In this document: in pieces, positions 20,796 to 31,627 of the stretch | Layout of the letters: every line of letters starts with the position of its first letter | How positions within the stretch are numbered: position 1 is the stretch's first letter | Assembly: GCA_947385375.1 (NCBI GenBank) | Contig: CANDKR010000002.1 | Coordinates: 76,653 to 140,652 of the forward strand | Source of the DNA: an uncultured Clostridia bacterium | GTDB taxonomy: Bacteria > Bacillota > Clostridia > TANB77 > CAG-508 | Direction: 5' to 3' | Length of the DNA: 64,000 bases | The notes under the pieces: model-generated | What the model was told of the DNA's origin: nothing | Seen by the model: only the letters and a program-made list of their open reading frames with translations | Databases searched by the model: none | Made by a program: the position numbers and the translations under genes

Positions 20796-22331
20796 ATGAA
20801 AGAAGAAGAAAAAATTTTAATAATCGATTTTTATGGTCAATATAATCAATTAATTGCAAGACGTGTTAGAGAATGCAATGTATATTCTGAAATTGTACCA
20901 TATAATACACCAGCTGAGAAAATAAAGGAAATGAATCCAAAAGGACTAATTTTTACAGGAAGCGCTGCGAGTGTATATGCTGAAAATTCTCCAAAATGTG
21001 ATCCTGAAATTTTTAATTTAGGAATTCCAGTACTTGGTATTTGTTATGGAATGCAACTTATGACATATAATTTTAGTGGAGAAGTACAAAAAGCAGATAA
21101 ACGTGAATATGGTGTTATGAAGGTTAATATTAAAAACTCTTCAAAATTATTTGCTGGTTTTGGTGATACAAATAACTTCTTAATGACACACGGAGACTTT
21201 GTTTCAAAGCTTCCAGAAGGCTTTGAAAACATAGCAAGCACAGAGGATTGTCCAAATGCAGGTATGCAAAATGAGGAAAAACGTTTATATGGTATACAAT
21301 TCCACCCAGAAGTTAATAATTCTGAAAATGGAACACAAGTTATTAGAAATTTTGTATATAATATATGTGGATGTACAGGTACTTGGAAAATGAGTGCTTT
21401 TGCAGAAGAAACAATACAAAATATAAAAGAAAAAGTTGGAGATAAAAAAGCTCTATGCGCATTATCAGGAGGAGTAGATTCTTCTGTTGCTGCAACTTTA
21501 ATGAGTAGAGCTATCGGTAAAAACTTAACTTGCATATTTGTAGACCATGGTTTACTTAGAAAAAATGAAGCAGATGAAGTAGAGGCTGTTTTTGCAAATT
21601 CAGAAGTAAATTTTGTTAGAGTAGATGCAAAAGATAGATTCTTAGGAAAACTTGCTGGAGTTACAGAGCCAGAAAGAAAGAGAAAAATAATTGGTGAAGA
21701 ATTTATTAGAGTATTCGAAGAAGAAGCTAAAAAAATAGGCACAGTTGATTTCTTAGTTCAAGGTACTATCTATCCAGACGTTATCGAAAGTGGTGTTGGA
21801 GTAGGTGCTACAATCAAGAGCCATCACAATGTAGGAGGGCTTCCAGACTATGTTGACTTCAAAGAAATAATTGAGCCACTTCGTGACTTATTTAAAGATG
21901 AAGTAAGAAAAGTTGGACTAGAACTTGGTTTACCAGAGTATTTAGTTTATCGTCAACCATTCCCAGGACCAGGATTAGCAATTAGGGTTATTGGAGAAAT
22001 AACAGATGATAAATTAACAATTTTAAAAGATGCAGATTATATATTTAGAGAAGAAATCGCAAAAGCAGGTCTTGATAAGAGTATCAACCAATATTTTGCA
22101 GTACTTACAAATTTAAAAAGTGTTGGAGTAATGGGAGATGAAAGAACTTATGATTATACAGTTGCATTAAGAGCTGTTACAACAACAGACTTTATGACAG
22201 CTGAATGGAGCAAAATTCCTTTTGAAGTTCTTGAAACAGTTTCTAGTAGAATTGTAAATGAAGTAAAACATGTAAATAGAGTCGTTTACGATATTACTGG
22301 CAAACCACCAGCAACTATCGAATGGGAATAG
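20796..22331 (+). CDS. guaA: GMP synthase (glutamine-hydrolysing)
   Basis: [46 protein letters not shown]. Confidence 0.98.
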   Translation: MKEEEKILIIDFYGQYNQLIARRVRECNVYSEIVPYNTPAEKIKEMNPKGLIFTGSAASVYAENSPKCDPEIFNLGIPVLGICYGMQLMTYNFSGEVQKADKREYGVMKVNIKNSSKLFAGFGDTNNFLMTHGDFVSKLPEGFENIASTEDCPNAGMQNEEKRLYGIQFHPEVNNSENGTQVIRNFVYNICGCTGTWKMSAFAEETIQNIKEKVGDKKALCALSGGVDSSVAATLMSRAIGKNLTCIFVDHGLLRKNEADEVEAVFANSEVNFVRVDAKDRFLGKLAGVTEPERKRKIIGEEFIRVFEEEAKKIGTVDFLVQGTIYPDVIESGVGVGATIKSHHNVGGLPDYVDFKEIIEPLRDLFKDEVRKVGLELGLPEYLVYRQPFPGPGLAIRVIGEITDDKLTILKDADYIFREEIAKAGLDKSINQYFAVLTNLKSVGVMGDERTYDYTVALRAVTTTDFMTAEWSKIPFEVLETVSSRIVNEVKHVNRVVYDITGKPPATIEWE

Positions 22332-22343
22332 GAGGAGACTAAT

Positions 22344-23117
22344 TTGAAAATTTTGGCAGTAGGAGATATTGTAGGCAAAACAGGAGTACAAAGCCTTAAG
22401 AGTAATCTTCCTAAAATTATTACTGACAATAAAATAGATTTCGTTATAGTAAATGGAGAGAATGCAGCAGATGGAATGGGACTTACAGAAAAGCTATACA
22501 AAGAAATCTTAGGTTGCAAAGTTGATGTAGTAACTATGGGAAATCATACTTGGGCTAAAAAGGATATCTTTGGTTTTATAGATGATCAGCAGATTATAAG
22601 ACCAGCAAATTATCCAAGTAATAATCCGGGAAAAGGATACAGAATTTTTAAATGTAAAGATAAGAACATAGCAGTTATCAATCTAATAGGCAGAGTTACA
22701 ATGCCAGTGCTATCTGAAAATCCTTTTTTAGAAGCAAGAAATATCATTGATAAAATAAAAGATATTGCTGATATTATTGTAATTGATTTTCATGCAGAGG
22801 CGACTGCTGAAAAAATTGCTTTAAGTTATTACTTAGAAGGTGACGCAACTATTGTTTTTGGAACACATACACATGTACAAACAGCAGATGAACAGATACT
22901 AGAAAATGGTACAGCATATATTACTGATATTGGAATGACAGGTCCTAAATATTCAGTAATTGGAATGGAGCCAAAAGCGTCAATAAAACGATTTGAAACG
23001 TCATTACCAGAAAAGTATAGGGTAGCAGAAGGAAATGCGATTTTTAATGGTGTTATATTCGAAATAGATGATATGACAAATGAAGCAATAGGTATTGAAA
23101 GAATTAATATAAGATAA
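22344..23117 (+). CDS. ymdB: YmdB-family metallophosphoesterase
   Basis: GDIVG, NGENAA.G.G, GNHTW, DFHAEATAEK, GTHTHVQT, TDIGMTG. Confidence 0.92.
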   Translation: MKILAVGDIVGKTGVQSLKSNLPKIITDNKIDFVIVNGENAADGMGLTEKLYKEILGCKVDVVTMGNHTWAKKDIFGFIDDQQIIRPANYPSNNPGKGYRIFKCKDKNIAVINLIGRVTMPVLSENPFLEARNIIDKIKDIADIIVIDFHAEATAEKIALSYYLEGDATIVFGTHTHVQTADEQILENGTAYITDIGMTGPKYSVIGMEPKASIKRFETSLPEKYRVAEGNAIFNGVIFEIDDMTNEAIGIERINIR

Positions 23118-23271
23118 GAAGAAAGAGCTTACTTAAAATAAGCTCTTTTAGTTTGTCGAAAAATAGCGTACAAAAAAACAAATTTTTTACTAATAGATAT
23201 TGAAAAAAAGATACTTTTGGTATATATTTAATTTTGATATTAAATATATGCAAATGAAAGGAAGTATAGAA

Positions 23272-23874
23272 ATGATAGAAAATAGTTTAGTACCTTATGT
23301 TATAGAGCAAACAAGTAGAGGAGAAAGATCTTACGATATCTTTTCAAGATTATTAAAAGATAGAATTATATTTTTAGCAGAAGATGTTAATCCAGCGTCT
23401 GCAAGCTTAGTTGTAGCACAATTATTATTTTTAGAGTCAGAAGACCCAGATAAAGAAATTCACTTATATATCAATAGTCCTGGAGGATCTATTACAGACG
23501 GAATGGCAATTGTTGATACAATTAACTATATCAAATGTCCAGTATCTACAATTTGTGTAGGAATGGCAGCAAGTATGGGAGCAGTGCTTTTAGCTTCAGG
23601 TGAAAAAGGTAAGAGATATGCTACACCAAATGCAGAGATTTTAATTCACCAACCATTAATCGGTGGTGGCGGAATTTCAGGACAAACAACAGAGATTAAA
23701 ATTCATGCAGACCATATGGTTAGAACAAGAGAGAAATTAAATAAATTATTAAGCGAGAGAACAGGTCAAAATTTAGAAACAATCGAAAGAGATACAGAAA
23801 GAGATAACTATATGACAGCACAGCAAGCTTTAGAATATGGCTTGATTGACGCTATAATGGATAAAAGAAATTAA
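23272..23874 (+). CDS. clpP: ATP-dependent Clp protease proteolytic subunit
   Basis: [43 protein letters not shown]. Confidence 0.98.
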   Translation: MIENSLVPYVIEQTSRGERSYDIFSRLLKDRIIFLAEDVNPASASLVVAQLLFLESEDPDKEIHLYINSPGGSITDGMAIVDTINYIKCPVSTICVGMAASMGAVLLASGEKGKRYATPNAEILIHQPLIGGGGISGQTTEIKIHADHMVRTREKLNKLLSERTGQNLETIERDTERDNYMTAQQALEYGLIDAIMDKRN

Positions 23875-23887
23875 TAAGGAGTAGTAA

Positions 23888-25189
23888 ATGGCAAAAAACG
23901 ATACCAAAAATGTACGCTGTTCTTTTTGTGGGAAACCTCAAGAAGCAGTAAAGAAAATAATTGCAGGACCAGGTGTATTTATTTGTGATGAGTGTGTTTC
24001 ACTTTGTACAGATATAATTGATGAAGAAGTTTTTGATGATGTAGAGTTAGAAGAAGCATCAGATATGCCAAGTCCAGCAGAAATAAAGAAAGTTTTAGAT
24101 GAATATGTTATCGGTCAAGAAGAAGCAAAGAAAACACTTTCTGTTGCAGTATATAACCATTATAAGAGAATAAATAATGCTGAGTTAATAGATGATGTTG
24201 AAATACAAAAAAGTAATATATTATTACTTGGTCCAACAGGTTGTGGAAAAACTTTACTTGCCCAGACACTTGCAAAAATGTTAAATGTACCATTTGCAAT
24301 AGCTGATGCAACAACACTTACAGAAGCAGGATATGTAGGCGAGGATGTTGAGAATATTCTTCTAAAATTAATTCAATCAGCTAATTTTGACATTGAGAAA
24401 GCTGAGCGTGGAATTATATATATAGATGAGATTGATAAGATTTCTCGTAAATCTGAAAACCCATCTATTACTAGAGATGTAAGCGGAGAAGGTGTTCAAC
24501 AAGCATTACTTAAGATTATAGAAGGAACAAAATCTTCTGTACCACCACAAGGTGGAAGAAAGCACCCTCATCAAGAGTTCTTACAGATTGACACTACAAA
24601 TATATTATTTATTTGTGGAGGAGCTTTTGAAGGCTTAGATCAAATTATTAAAGATAGACTTGGTAAGAAATCTATTGGCTTTGGTGCATCTATTGAAAGC
24701 AAGAAAGATATAAATAGAACAGAAATATTTAAAGAATTATTGCCACAAGATTTATTAAAATTTGGTATGATACCAGAATTTGTTGGAAGACTTCCAATTA
24801 TTGCAACTTTAGAAGGCTTGACACGTGAAGCTTTGATAGAGATTGTCACAAAGCCAAAAAACGCATTGGTAAAACAGTATAAAAAATTAGTTGAATTAGA
24901 TGGTGTAGAATTAGAGTTTTCACCAGAAGCATTAGAGCTTATTGTTGAAAAAGCAATTGAAAGAAATACAGGAGCAAGAGGTTTAAGATCTATCATTGAA
25001 GAGATTATGAGAGATGTTATGTATGATATTCCTTCAAATCCTAAAATTGCAAAATGTACAATAACAAGGGAATGCGTTGAAAATGGCAAAGCACCAGAGA
25101 TTGTAATTGATGAAAATAAGAAAAAAGAGCCAATGAAAATACACAAAAAAACAAGTCGTTCAGGTAATAACAGCAAGGAAACAGCATAA
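23888..25189 (+). CDS. clpX: Clp protease ATPase ClpX
   Basis: CSFCGK zinc domain, [41 protein letters not shown]. Confidence 0.98.
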   Translation: MAKNDTKNVRCSFCGKPQEAVKKIIAGPGVFICDECVSLCTDIIDEEVFDDVELEEASDMPSPAEIKKVLDEYVIGQEEAKKTLSVAVYNHYKRINNAELIDDVEIQKSNILLLGPTGCGKTLLAQTLAKMLNVPFAIADATTLTEAGYVGEDVENILLKLIQSANFDIEKAERGIIYIDEIDKISRKSENPSITRDVSGEGVQQALLKIIEGTKSSVPPQGGRKHPHQEFLQIDTTNILFICGGAFEGLDQIIKDRLGKKSIGFGASIESKKDINRTEIFKELLPQDLLKFGMIPEFVGRLPIIATLEGLTREALIEIVTKPKNALVKQYKKLVELDGVELEFSPEALELIVEKAIERNTGARGLRSIIEEIMRDVMYDIPSNPKIAKCTITRECVENGKAPEIVIDENKKKEPMKIHKKTSRSGNNSKETA

Positions 25190-25206
25190 TTTAAGGAGAT
25201 AAACGA

Positions 25207-26136
25207 ATGAATAAAAAAGTTTTAAATACTTTATTAACAATAATTGTAATATTGATAGTTGTTATTTTCAGTGTATTTTTTTATATGTACATTAGAGATG
25301 ATGGTACAACAGAGTCAGTATATGATGATGTTTCAGCAAATACAGGAATGAACGCTGATGATGTAGTAGCAAATAGTGATGGGTTAGATAATTACGATAC
25401 TGATAAGCTATTGCCTTTTACAGGAGCTTTTCCATGGATTGATATTATTTCTATTTTAGCTGAAAAAGAAGATATAAAAGAGTTTTCAAATGAACAAATT
25501 TTACGTTTAGGTTTTGCTAAAGTTACTAAAGAAGACTGGGCGGATAGTTATATAGCAGAAGGTGAGCCAGTATCTATCCCAGCAGAACTTCTAGATGGAT
25601 ATATAAAGGACATTTTCGGTTCAGATGTAAAATATGAGAAAGCAAATTTCTCAAATAAAGATTATAGTATAGATAAAGATTTTACATCACATACAAGTAG
25701 CTATGAGGCTGTATATGTGCCTGAAACTGACACATATACAATAAATCATGTAGCAGGTGATGGCATAAATGAAAATCATATACAGTTACTAGAACCGAAT
25801 ACATCTAAGATAAGAGGAAATCTTGAAATTGAAGTACCTTATGTATTTGTAGTCTATGGAGATGAAATGGCAAAAGGTGAAATCGACGGGCAAGAAGTAG
25901 AAGGTTTTGAATATATAATTTATGCAAATTGTGATTATGATACGAAAACTTTTACAGAGGAACTTGGTAGATTTAATGAATTTGATGATTTAGCAAATGA
26001 TGAAGGCGTAGTAGATATGACAGAGATTATTGGAGATATAGCTAAAAAGGACTTGGCTAAAGTAAAAAAGATAACCTTAAAATATGCGCCAAATGAAGCA
26101 AATACAGAATATGTTTTGAAAGAAATAAAGAAATAG
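25207..26136 (+). CDS. Hypothetical membrane-anchored acidic protein
   Basis: N-terminal TM segment; AAGGAG RBS; followed by a terminator at about 26138-26163. Confidence 0.8.
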   Translation: MNKKVLNTLLTIIVILIVVIFSVFFYMYIRDDGTTESVYDDVSANTGMNADDVVANSDGLDNYDTDKLLPFTGAFPWIDIISILAEKEDIKEFSNEQILRLGFAKVTKEDWADSYIAEGEPVSIPAELLDGYIKDIFGSDVKYEKANFSNKDYSIDKDFTSHTSSYEAVYVPETDTYTINHVAGDGINENHIQLLEPNTSKIRGNLEIEVPYVFVVYGDEMAKGEIDGQEVEGFEYIIYANCDYDTKTFTEELGRFNEFDDLANDEGVVDMTEIIGDIAKKDLAKVKKITLKYAPNEANTEYVLKEIKK

Positions 26137-26189
26137 GAAGAAGCTTGAAAAAGCTTCTTTTTTGTAATAAAAATGAGATATAAAATTTA

Positions 26190-26242
26190 TTGACTTTTTC
26201 AAACTACAATTGTAAAATACAATCATAAACTACAAATGTAAA
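26190..26242 (+). promoter_or_regulatory. Promoter overlapped by two BlaI/MecI/CopY-type operators
   Basis: TTGACT-17 nt-TAAAAT; TACA-NN-TGTA at 26205-26214 and 26231-26240. Confidence 0.8.
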
Positions 26243-26256
26243 TTAAGGAGGTATAT

Positions 26257-26619
26257 ATGATAAAGATATCTGATGCAGAACTTGAAGTTATGCAAGTTTT
26301 TTGGGGCAAAAAAGAAGCAAATTCTTTTGATGTTATAGAAGCCTTGAAAGATAAAAACTGGAGCGACAATACTGTAAGAACTTTGATAAAAAGACTTCAA
26401 GCAAAGAAAGCAATTACAATAGTAAAACAAGAAGGGAAGGTTTATTACTATAAGTCATTAATTAATGAAAATGAATACAAAATAAAAGAAAGCAATAACT
26501 TTATTGATAAGCTATATAATGGCTCTGTAAGTGATATGTTATTGTGCTTTGCAAAGGAAAATAAATTATCTAAAAAAGATTTAGAAGATTTAATTAAGAA
26601 AATAGATGGTGAGGATTAA
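26257..26619 (+). CDS. BlaI/MecI/CopY family repressor
   Basis: ISDAELEVMQVFW, W...TVRTLIKRL..K, FIDKLYNGS. Confidence 0.93.
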   Translation: MIKISDAELEVMQVFWGKKEANSFDVIEALKDKNWSDNTVRTLIKRLQAKKAITIVKQEGKVYYYKSLINENEYKIKESNNFIDKLYNGSVSDMLLCFAKENKLSKKDLEDLIKKIDGED

Positions 26620-26621
26620 TT

Positions 26622-28475
26622 ATGGAACTAATATCAATAATTTTTTATAAGCTTTTGTATATGTCAATAGTAGCTAGTATTATAGGGATAAGTATAATTG
26701 CGATAAGAAAACTTTTAAGTAGATGCATTTCACCTAAAATTATATATGCAATGTGGATTGTTTTTTTGCTAGCTTTAGTTGTACCGCCTTTTGTCTCTAG
26801 TAAAGTAAGTGTATATAACTATATTGATGTATCAGGGATAGAGAAATTAACTTATAACTATGAATTGACAGATAGTAAAGAGACTTTTAGCGAAGACAAT
26901 AAAAGTAATGGTGATGAGCCAGTAGAAGGAAAAACAGTAGATAATAAAACTAGTGGTAGAACAAGCCAAGAGACTAAGCCACTTCCAAGCTTAAAGGATA
27001 TATTGCCAGCACTATGGCTTATTGGAGCAGGAACTTTAATGATAATATACGTAATTTCAAATCTTATTTTTATTAGAAAAATCGGAAGTGAAAAATTTGA
27101 AGATGACAGAATTAGAAAAATATTTGAGACAGTAAAAACAAAGTTTAAGCTGGAAAGAAAAATAGAACTTATTAATCAAACTGTGGTAAAATCGCCTGCA
27201 ATAGTAGGAATATTGAAGCCTAAAATATTACTTACAGAGGAAATTAAGAAAAGTACAGATACAGAGGTAGAATATATTTTTAGACATGAACTTGCACATT
27301 TTAAGAGAAAAGATAATGTTATAAATTCTGTATTAATATTTTTGAGAGCTATACATTGGTTTAATCCAATTGTATGGTTAGTTATGAAAGAGATTAAAAA
27401 AGATATGGAATTTACAGCAGATGAGAAAGCTGTAAAAGGCTTAGAAAGCGAAGATAGAAAAGAATATTGTAAGCTATTAGTTAATCTTTCTAGTACTTCA
27501 AGTTTTATGGAAAGAGCAATAGGAATTGCAAATGATAAAAATAATTTAGAAAAGAGAATAAATATGATAAAATTATCAGATAAATTATCAAAACACCCAG
27601 TATTTTCAGCAATGCTAGTGTTTATAATAATAGGACTTATATGTTTAATATTATACACTAATAACTACTATCAGCCTAAGTTAGATGTACCACCGAAGTT
27701 ATATATACAAACTGCAACAGGAAAAACTAAAGAGTTATTGCTTACCAAATATGAGTGGATAAATGGACAAGATGTATCAACTTATGACATAGGTTTTGAT
27801 GTAGATACTTATGTGTTTAGTGACGAAAATATTTTATATAGTTTAAATAATTATGGAGAAGATGATGAAACAGTATATACACATCCTAAATATAATATGT
27901 CTTATATAAATAAAATTTATTATAGTAATGAAGGTGCAGGTCCAAGAAAATTAGACCATTTTGTTGTAAGTAAAAATTTATATCCAAATATAAATGATTT
28001 CAAACTTAACGATACTTTTGTTGGTAATGGTATTACACAGTTTGATGTTTATTTTCCTAATGGTTCAACAGCAAGTTATGTTGTTCAAAAGAAAGAATAC
28101 ACAGGAAAAACAAAAGAATTTTTTGATAAATATTCTAATATAGATATAACTGATATAAACAAGATTGAAGAATTAATTAAAACGATGCGAATGGGCGATC
28201 TATTAAATGAGATTAAGGTAGAAAACAACGTATTGAGTATAAATTATGAATATATGCAAGAGCAAATGGTTTCTTATGATATGTCACTTATTTTGTTTGT
28301 AGCAATTCCAGATTTAGAAAAAATTATAATTTCATCTAATCATGAAGAAATATTTTATGAGGTTGATAATGTGTCTTATGATGTTTCAGAAACACTAGAA
28401 ATTACAAGAGAAGAAGCAAATAAAAAAGCTGAAATAACAATTGAAGAACTACAGAAGATTATAAAAGAAAGTTAG
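26622..28475 (+). CDS. BlaR1-like M56 metallopeptidase sensor
   Basis: TM segments, HELAH, HWFNP.VW, D.E..ADE, LEKRI; extracellular C-terminus not recognisably a penicillin-binding domain. Confidence 0.9.
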   Translation: MELISIIFYKLLYMSIVASIIGISIIAIRKLLSRCISPKIIYAMWIVFLLALVVPPFVSSKVSVYNYIDVSGIEKLTYNYELTDSKETFSEDNKSNGDEPVEGKTVDNKTSGRTSQETKPLPSLKDILPALWLIGAGTLMIIYVISNLIFIRKIGSEKFEDDRIRKIFETVKTKFKLERKIELINQTVVKSPAIVGILKPKILLTEEIKKSTDTEVEYIFRHELAHFKRKDNVINSVLIFLRAIHWFNPIVWLVMKEIKKDMEFTADEKAVKGLESEDRKEYCKLLVNLSSTSSFMERAIGIANDKNNLEKRINMIKLSDKLSKHPVFSAMLVFIIIGLICLILYTNNYYQPKLDVPPKLYIQTATGKTKELLLTKYEWINGQDVSTYDIGFDVDTYVFSDENILYSLNNYGEDDETVYTHPKYNMSYINKIYYSNEGAGPRKLDHFVVSKNLYPNINDFKLNDTFVGNGITQFDVYFPNGSTASYVVQKKEYTGKTKEFFDKYSNIDITDINKIEELIKTMRMGDLLNEIKVENNVLSINYEYMQEQMVSYDMSLILFVAIPDLEKIIISSNHEEIFYEVDNVSYDVSETLEITREEANKKAEITIEELQKIIKES

Positions 28476-28483
28476 GAGTAAAT

Positions 28484-29239
28484 ATGACAAAGCCAAGAAA
28501 AAAGATATTAAAAATATGCTTGATAGTGATTATACTAATTTTACTGTGTTTTGCAGTACCATTAATATATAAATTAAATATAGTGTTAAAACAGGCAAAA
28601 GTTTATGATGAATTTGGAAAGGGAGACAATTATAAATTTATCTGTGAAAGTGTTTCAGATGAAAATGGATTTCAAACGACTTCAAAATCTACGACATTTC
28701 AAAAAGATGGGAAAATAAAATTAATTTTAGAAAGCAATGATTCTGATGGTTTAAGTACTTACAATTGCGAATATTGGATTGGCAAAGAAGTATTCTTTGT
28801 AGATGAGATTAATAAGGAATTTTCAATATCTGAAAATAATTTTTCAAAAGCTTTTTTAGAGGCAAGAAGTGGAAGATCGCTTTTTATATATAATTTTACA
28901 CAAACTGAAACTTGGTTAGAAGCTTTAAGTTATATTCCTTTAATCATACCCAATAAAATTGTTTTTGAAGAATATGAAGGAAAAGATTGCTATAAGTGTA
29001 TTTATAATAAGAAATATGACGAAGTTACAGATGAATTTATAATATATATTGATAAAGGAAGCAGTTTACCAGTTTTTGAAGTACACACATATTATGATGC
29101 AGGAGAAGAAATTTCTAAAAGAGTACAAAAGTTCAGTTATGAAAAAGATATAATTACAGATGCAGATGTGAATATGCCAGATTTGAGTGAATATAAACAA
29201 GAAATTAGTTATTTTTATAAAGAAGAAGATAACTTGTAA
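28484..29239 (+). CDS. Hypothetical membrane-anchored protein
   Basis: N-terminal TM segment; in the blaI/blaR1 operon. Confidence 0.75.
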   Translation: MTKPRKKILKICLIVIILILLCFAVPLIYKLNIVLKQAKVYDEFGKGDNYKFICESVSDENGFQTTSKSTTFQKDGKIKLILESNDSDGLSTYNCEYWIGKEVFFVDEINKEFSISENNFSKAFLEARSGRSLFIYNFTQTETWLEALSYIPLIIPNKIVFEEYEGKDCYKCIYNKKYDEVTDEFIIYIDKGSSLPVFEVHTYYDAGEEISKRVQKFSYEKDIITDADVNMPDLSEYKQEISYFYKEEDNL

Positions 29240-29304
29240 AATTATGTAAACTGTGATATAATAAAATTTGCAATAACAACTTTGAAGAGTCGAGGTGAGT
29301 TCGT

Positions 29305-29802
29305 ATGGAGATACGGCGAGCAGAACTATCAGACTTTGAGGTATATAAGAAACTTTTTGATGGAGACGAGTACGATATGTTATATCGTCCCATAGAAAGT
29401 GACATAAAACCTCAAACAGATGCGAAGGACTGGTTTGGATTTGACGAGGAGACACTGCAAAGATTTGCTGAAGAGATGGAGCGTACTATGCCTAAGTTCA
29501 TAGAAACCCTAAATTCTTTCAATGAAGAGCGAATTTACATCATTGAAGATAAAGGCAAAGTAGTAGGTTTCTTTGAAATGCTTCGGCATGGGGCAAAGAA
29601 GTGGAAGCTAGCATATTGTGGTATGAAGAACGGATATCAGAAGCAAGAAGCTTTCACAAATGCAATTAAGCTCTTATTACAGCAAAGTGGTGTCAAAATA
29701 GTCGATGTCTGCGCTGTCTACAAAAGCTGTGAAAGGCGGATGGAGAGAGCGGGATTTACTTCAATTGGAGGAGGATTCTATCGTATCGAAGCAGAAAAGT
29801 AG
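29305..29802 (+). CDS. GNAT-fold acetyltransferase-like protein (GC-richer than host)
   Basis: MEIRRAE start, KVVGF, YQKQ, ERAGF; own promoter-like sequence and terminator. Confidence 0.65.
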   Translation: MEIRRAELSDFEVYKKLFDGDEYDMLYRPIESDIKPQTDAKDWFGFDEETLQRFAEEMERTMPKFIETLNSFNEERIYIIEDKGKVVGFFEMLRHGAKKWKLAYCGMKNGYQKQEAFTNAIKLLLQQSGVKIVDVCAVYKSCERRMERAGFTSIGGGFYRIEAEK

Positions 29803-29898
29803 GTGTATAAAGTACCTACTTTTTTGTTTTTTATATAAAAGCAGGGACACCCACTGCATAGCCGATTGTACAGCTTGTGCAGTGGGCATCCCCAAAAG

Positions 29899-30180
29899 TT
29901 AATGTTGCATAATCAGGATTATCTGAATGAATGCCAAAATTCCTAAAATCGCTGTTATAATACCGAGGATAGTCGTTGCGGGCATTTCCTTGAATTGCAT
30001 GAACTCCATCTTCCGATAGGCATTCTCGGCGACACCGAAGCAGAACGTGCCCCAGATGGCGGCGAGAAATATGTACAAGAAAAACCACTCAGGCATAAGC
30101 ATATCCATCATGGTGTTGTAGCCCACAAAGATTGTGGCAATGGTTGCGATGATGTACTTTGTTCTTTGTTTAATTTTCAT
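29899..30180 (-). CDS. Small three-TM membrane protein (GC-richer than host)
   Basis: GGAGG RBS; three hydrophobic segments; GC-rich hairpin at about 29843-29893 downstream. Confidence 0.7.
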   Translation of the reverse strand: MKIKQRTKYIIATIATIFVGYNTMMDMLMPEWFFLYIFLAAIWGTFCFGVAENAYRKMEFMQFKEMPATTILGIITAILGILAFIQIILIMQH

Positions 30181-30489
30181 TTTTTACCTCCATAGGTCCG
30201 ATAGGTTTGTAGGTACGTGCAGGGGTGAATGGGACTATATGTCAACTAACAGTTTATGTTAGGTTGAGCAAGAGGGATTTCAGGAATTTATATTTAAATG
30301 GACACAAAGTGCCATATATACTTAATTATAGCATGATTTACATAAATATGCAATTTTAAGCTCAAATTACGTATTTAGAATTATAGTATATTTTCTGTTG
30401 TCCATATATTTAGAAACTATAATAAAAATTACTTTTTAATATAGACAAAAGAAATTTTTTATGCTATTATAATTAAGTATTTAAATAAT

Positions 30490-30572
30490 GCCGATGTGGC
30501 GGAACTGGCAGACGCACACGACTCAAAATCGTGCGGGAAACCATGTGGGTTCGAGTCCCACCATCGGCACCA
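30490..30572 (+). tRNA. tRNA-Leu (anticodon CAA)
   Basis: Acceptor stem gccgatg/catcggc, D-loop GG, anticodon arm cacga-ctCAAaa-tcgtg, variable arm, GTTCGA T-loop, encoded CCA; TGcTATTAT-type promoter upstream. Confidence 0.96.
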
Positions 30573-30814
30573 AAGAAAGACTAGCGAAAGCTAGTCTTTA
30601 AAGTTATTATAAAGTGGGTCTCGAAAAGGAGCGTACCGAAGTCATAGACCAGTAAAGGCTGGGCTAGGACAAGGGAAAATAGTCCAGTGGACTATTTTGC
30701 GACGCGGCCGACAGGGAGTCCCACCATCGGCACCAAAGAAAGACTAGCGAAAGCTAGTCTTTAAAGTTATTATAAAGTGGGTCTCGAAAAGGAGCGTACC
30801 GAAGTCATAGACCA
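30553..30814 (+). repeat. 99-bp direct repeat (30553-30651 and 30716-30814) containing the tRNA 3' end and terminator
   Basis: Identical copies 163 nt apart; the spacer contains the palindrome aaaatagtcca-g-tggactatttt. Confidence 0.9.
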
Positions 30815-30902
30815 TTAAAAGTAAAAACAAATTTTCGTAAAAACTATTGTTTTTTTGTAAATCCTGTTATAGAATTATAAAAAATGCAAAGGAGGATGTT
30901 TA

Positions 30903-31595
30903 ATGAACAAATTAGAAAAAATTGAAAACTATACAAATGAAATGTTTGAGGATATTAAGCACACAGATGAAGATGGAATGGAGTTTTGGTATGCAAGAGA
31001 GCTAATGCCTGTTTTGCAATACTCAAAATGGGAAAATTTAAAAAAAGTAATTGGAAAAGCAATGATTGGTTGTGAAAATAGCGGAATTCCAGTAAAAGAT
31101 TGCTTTACTGATGTCAGGAAGCCAATAATTTCTGGAAAAGGAAAAGAAGAATTTATAGAAGATTATAAGCTTAATCGCTATGCTTGTTATTTAATAGCTC
31201 AAAATGGAGACTCTAGAAAAAAAGTTATTGCTCTTGCTCAAACATATTTTGCGATTCAAACTAGAAAACAAGAAATTACAGAGAAAGAATATAGTTTATT
31301 AACAGAAGATGAAAAAAGATTTTATCAAAGAGATTTAACTAGAAAAGGCAATTATTCACTTAATCAAACAGCAAAAAAATCAGGAGTTAAGAATTTTGAT
31401 AAATTTCATAATGCAGGTTATAAAGGCTTATATAATGGAGAAACAGCAGATGATATCGCAAAAAGAAAAGGATTAAGATATAGAGAAGACATTTTGGATA
31501 ATATGGGAAGTGATGAGCTTATAGCAAATTTATTTAGAATTTCTCAAACAGAACAAAGATTGAAAAAAGATAATATTCAATTAGTAACCATTTAA
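30903..31595 (+). CDS. dinD: DNA-damage-inducible protein D, probably C-terminally truncated
   Basis: EFWYARELM, DYKLNRYACYLIAQNGD, AQTYFAIQTRKQE, FHNAGYKGLY, ILDNMGS.EL.ANLFR; ends at 230 aa. Confidence 0.85.
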   Translation: MNKLEKIENYTNEMFEDIKHTDEDGMEFWYARELMPVLQYSKWENLKKVIGKAMIGCENSGIPVKDCFTDVRKPIISGKGKEEFIEDYKLNRYACYLIAQNGDSRKKVIALAQTYFAIQTRKQEITEKEYSLLTEDEKRFYQRDLTRKGNYSLNQTAKKSGVKNFDKFHNAGYKGLYNGETADDIAKRKGLRYREDILDNMGSDELIANLFRISQTEQRLKKDNIQLVTI

Positions 31596-31627
31596 AGGAT
31601 TACCCATAATATATAGTGGGTGATTTT

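Noticed and set aside
21044-21742. Long antisense ORFs within guaA, clpX, purF and others
   Set aside because: Typical antisense shadows of conserved genes, with no motifs.
30490-30572. tRNA as a frameshift-suppressor tRNA
   Set aside because: It has a normal 7-nt anticodon loop with CAA (Leu), unrelated to CGG or GGN.
30553-30814. CRISPR array
   Set aside because: Only two 99-bp repeats, derived from the tRNA end and terminator; no cas genes.
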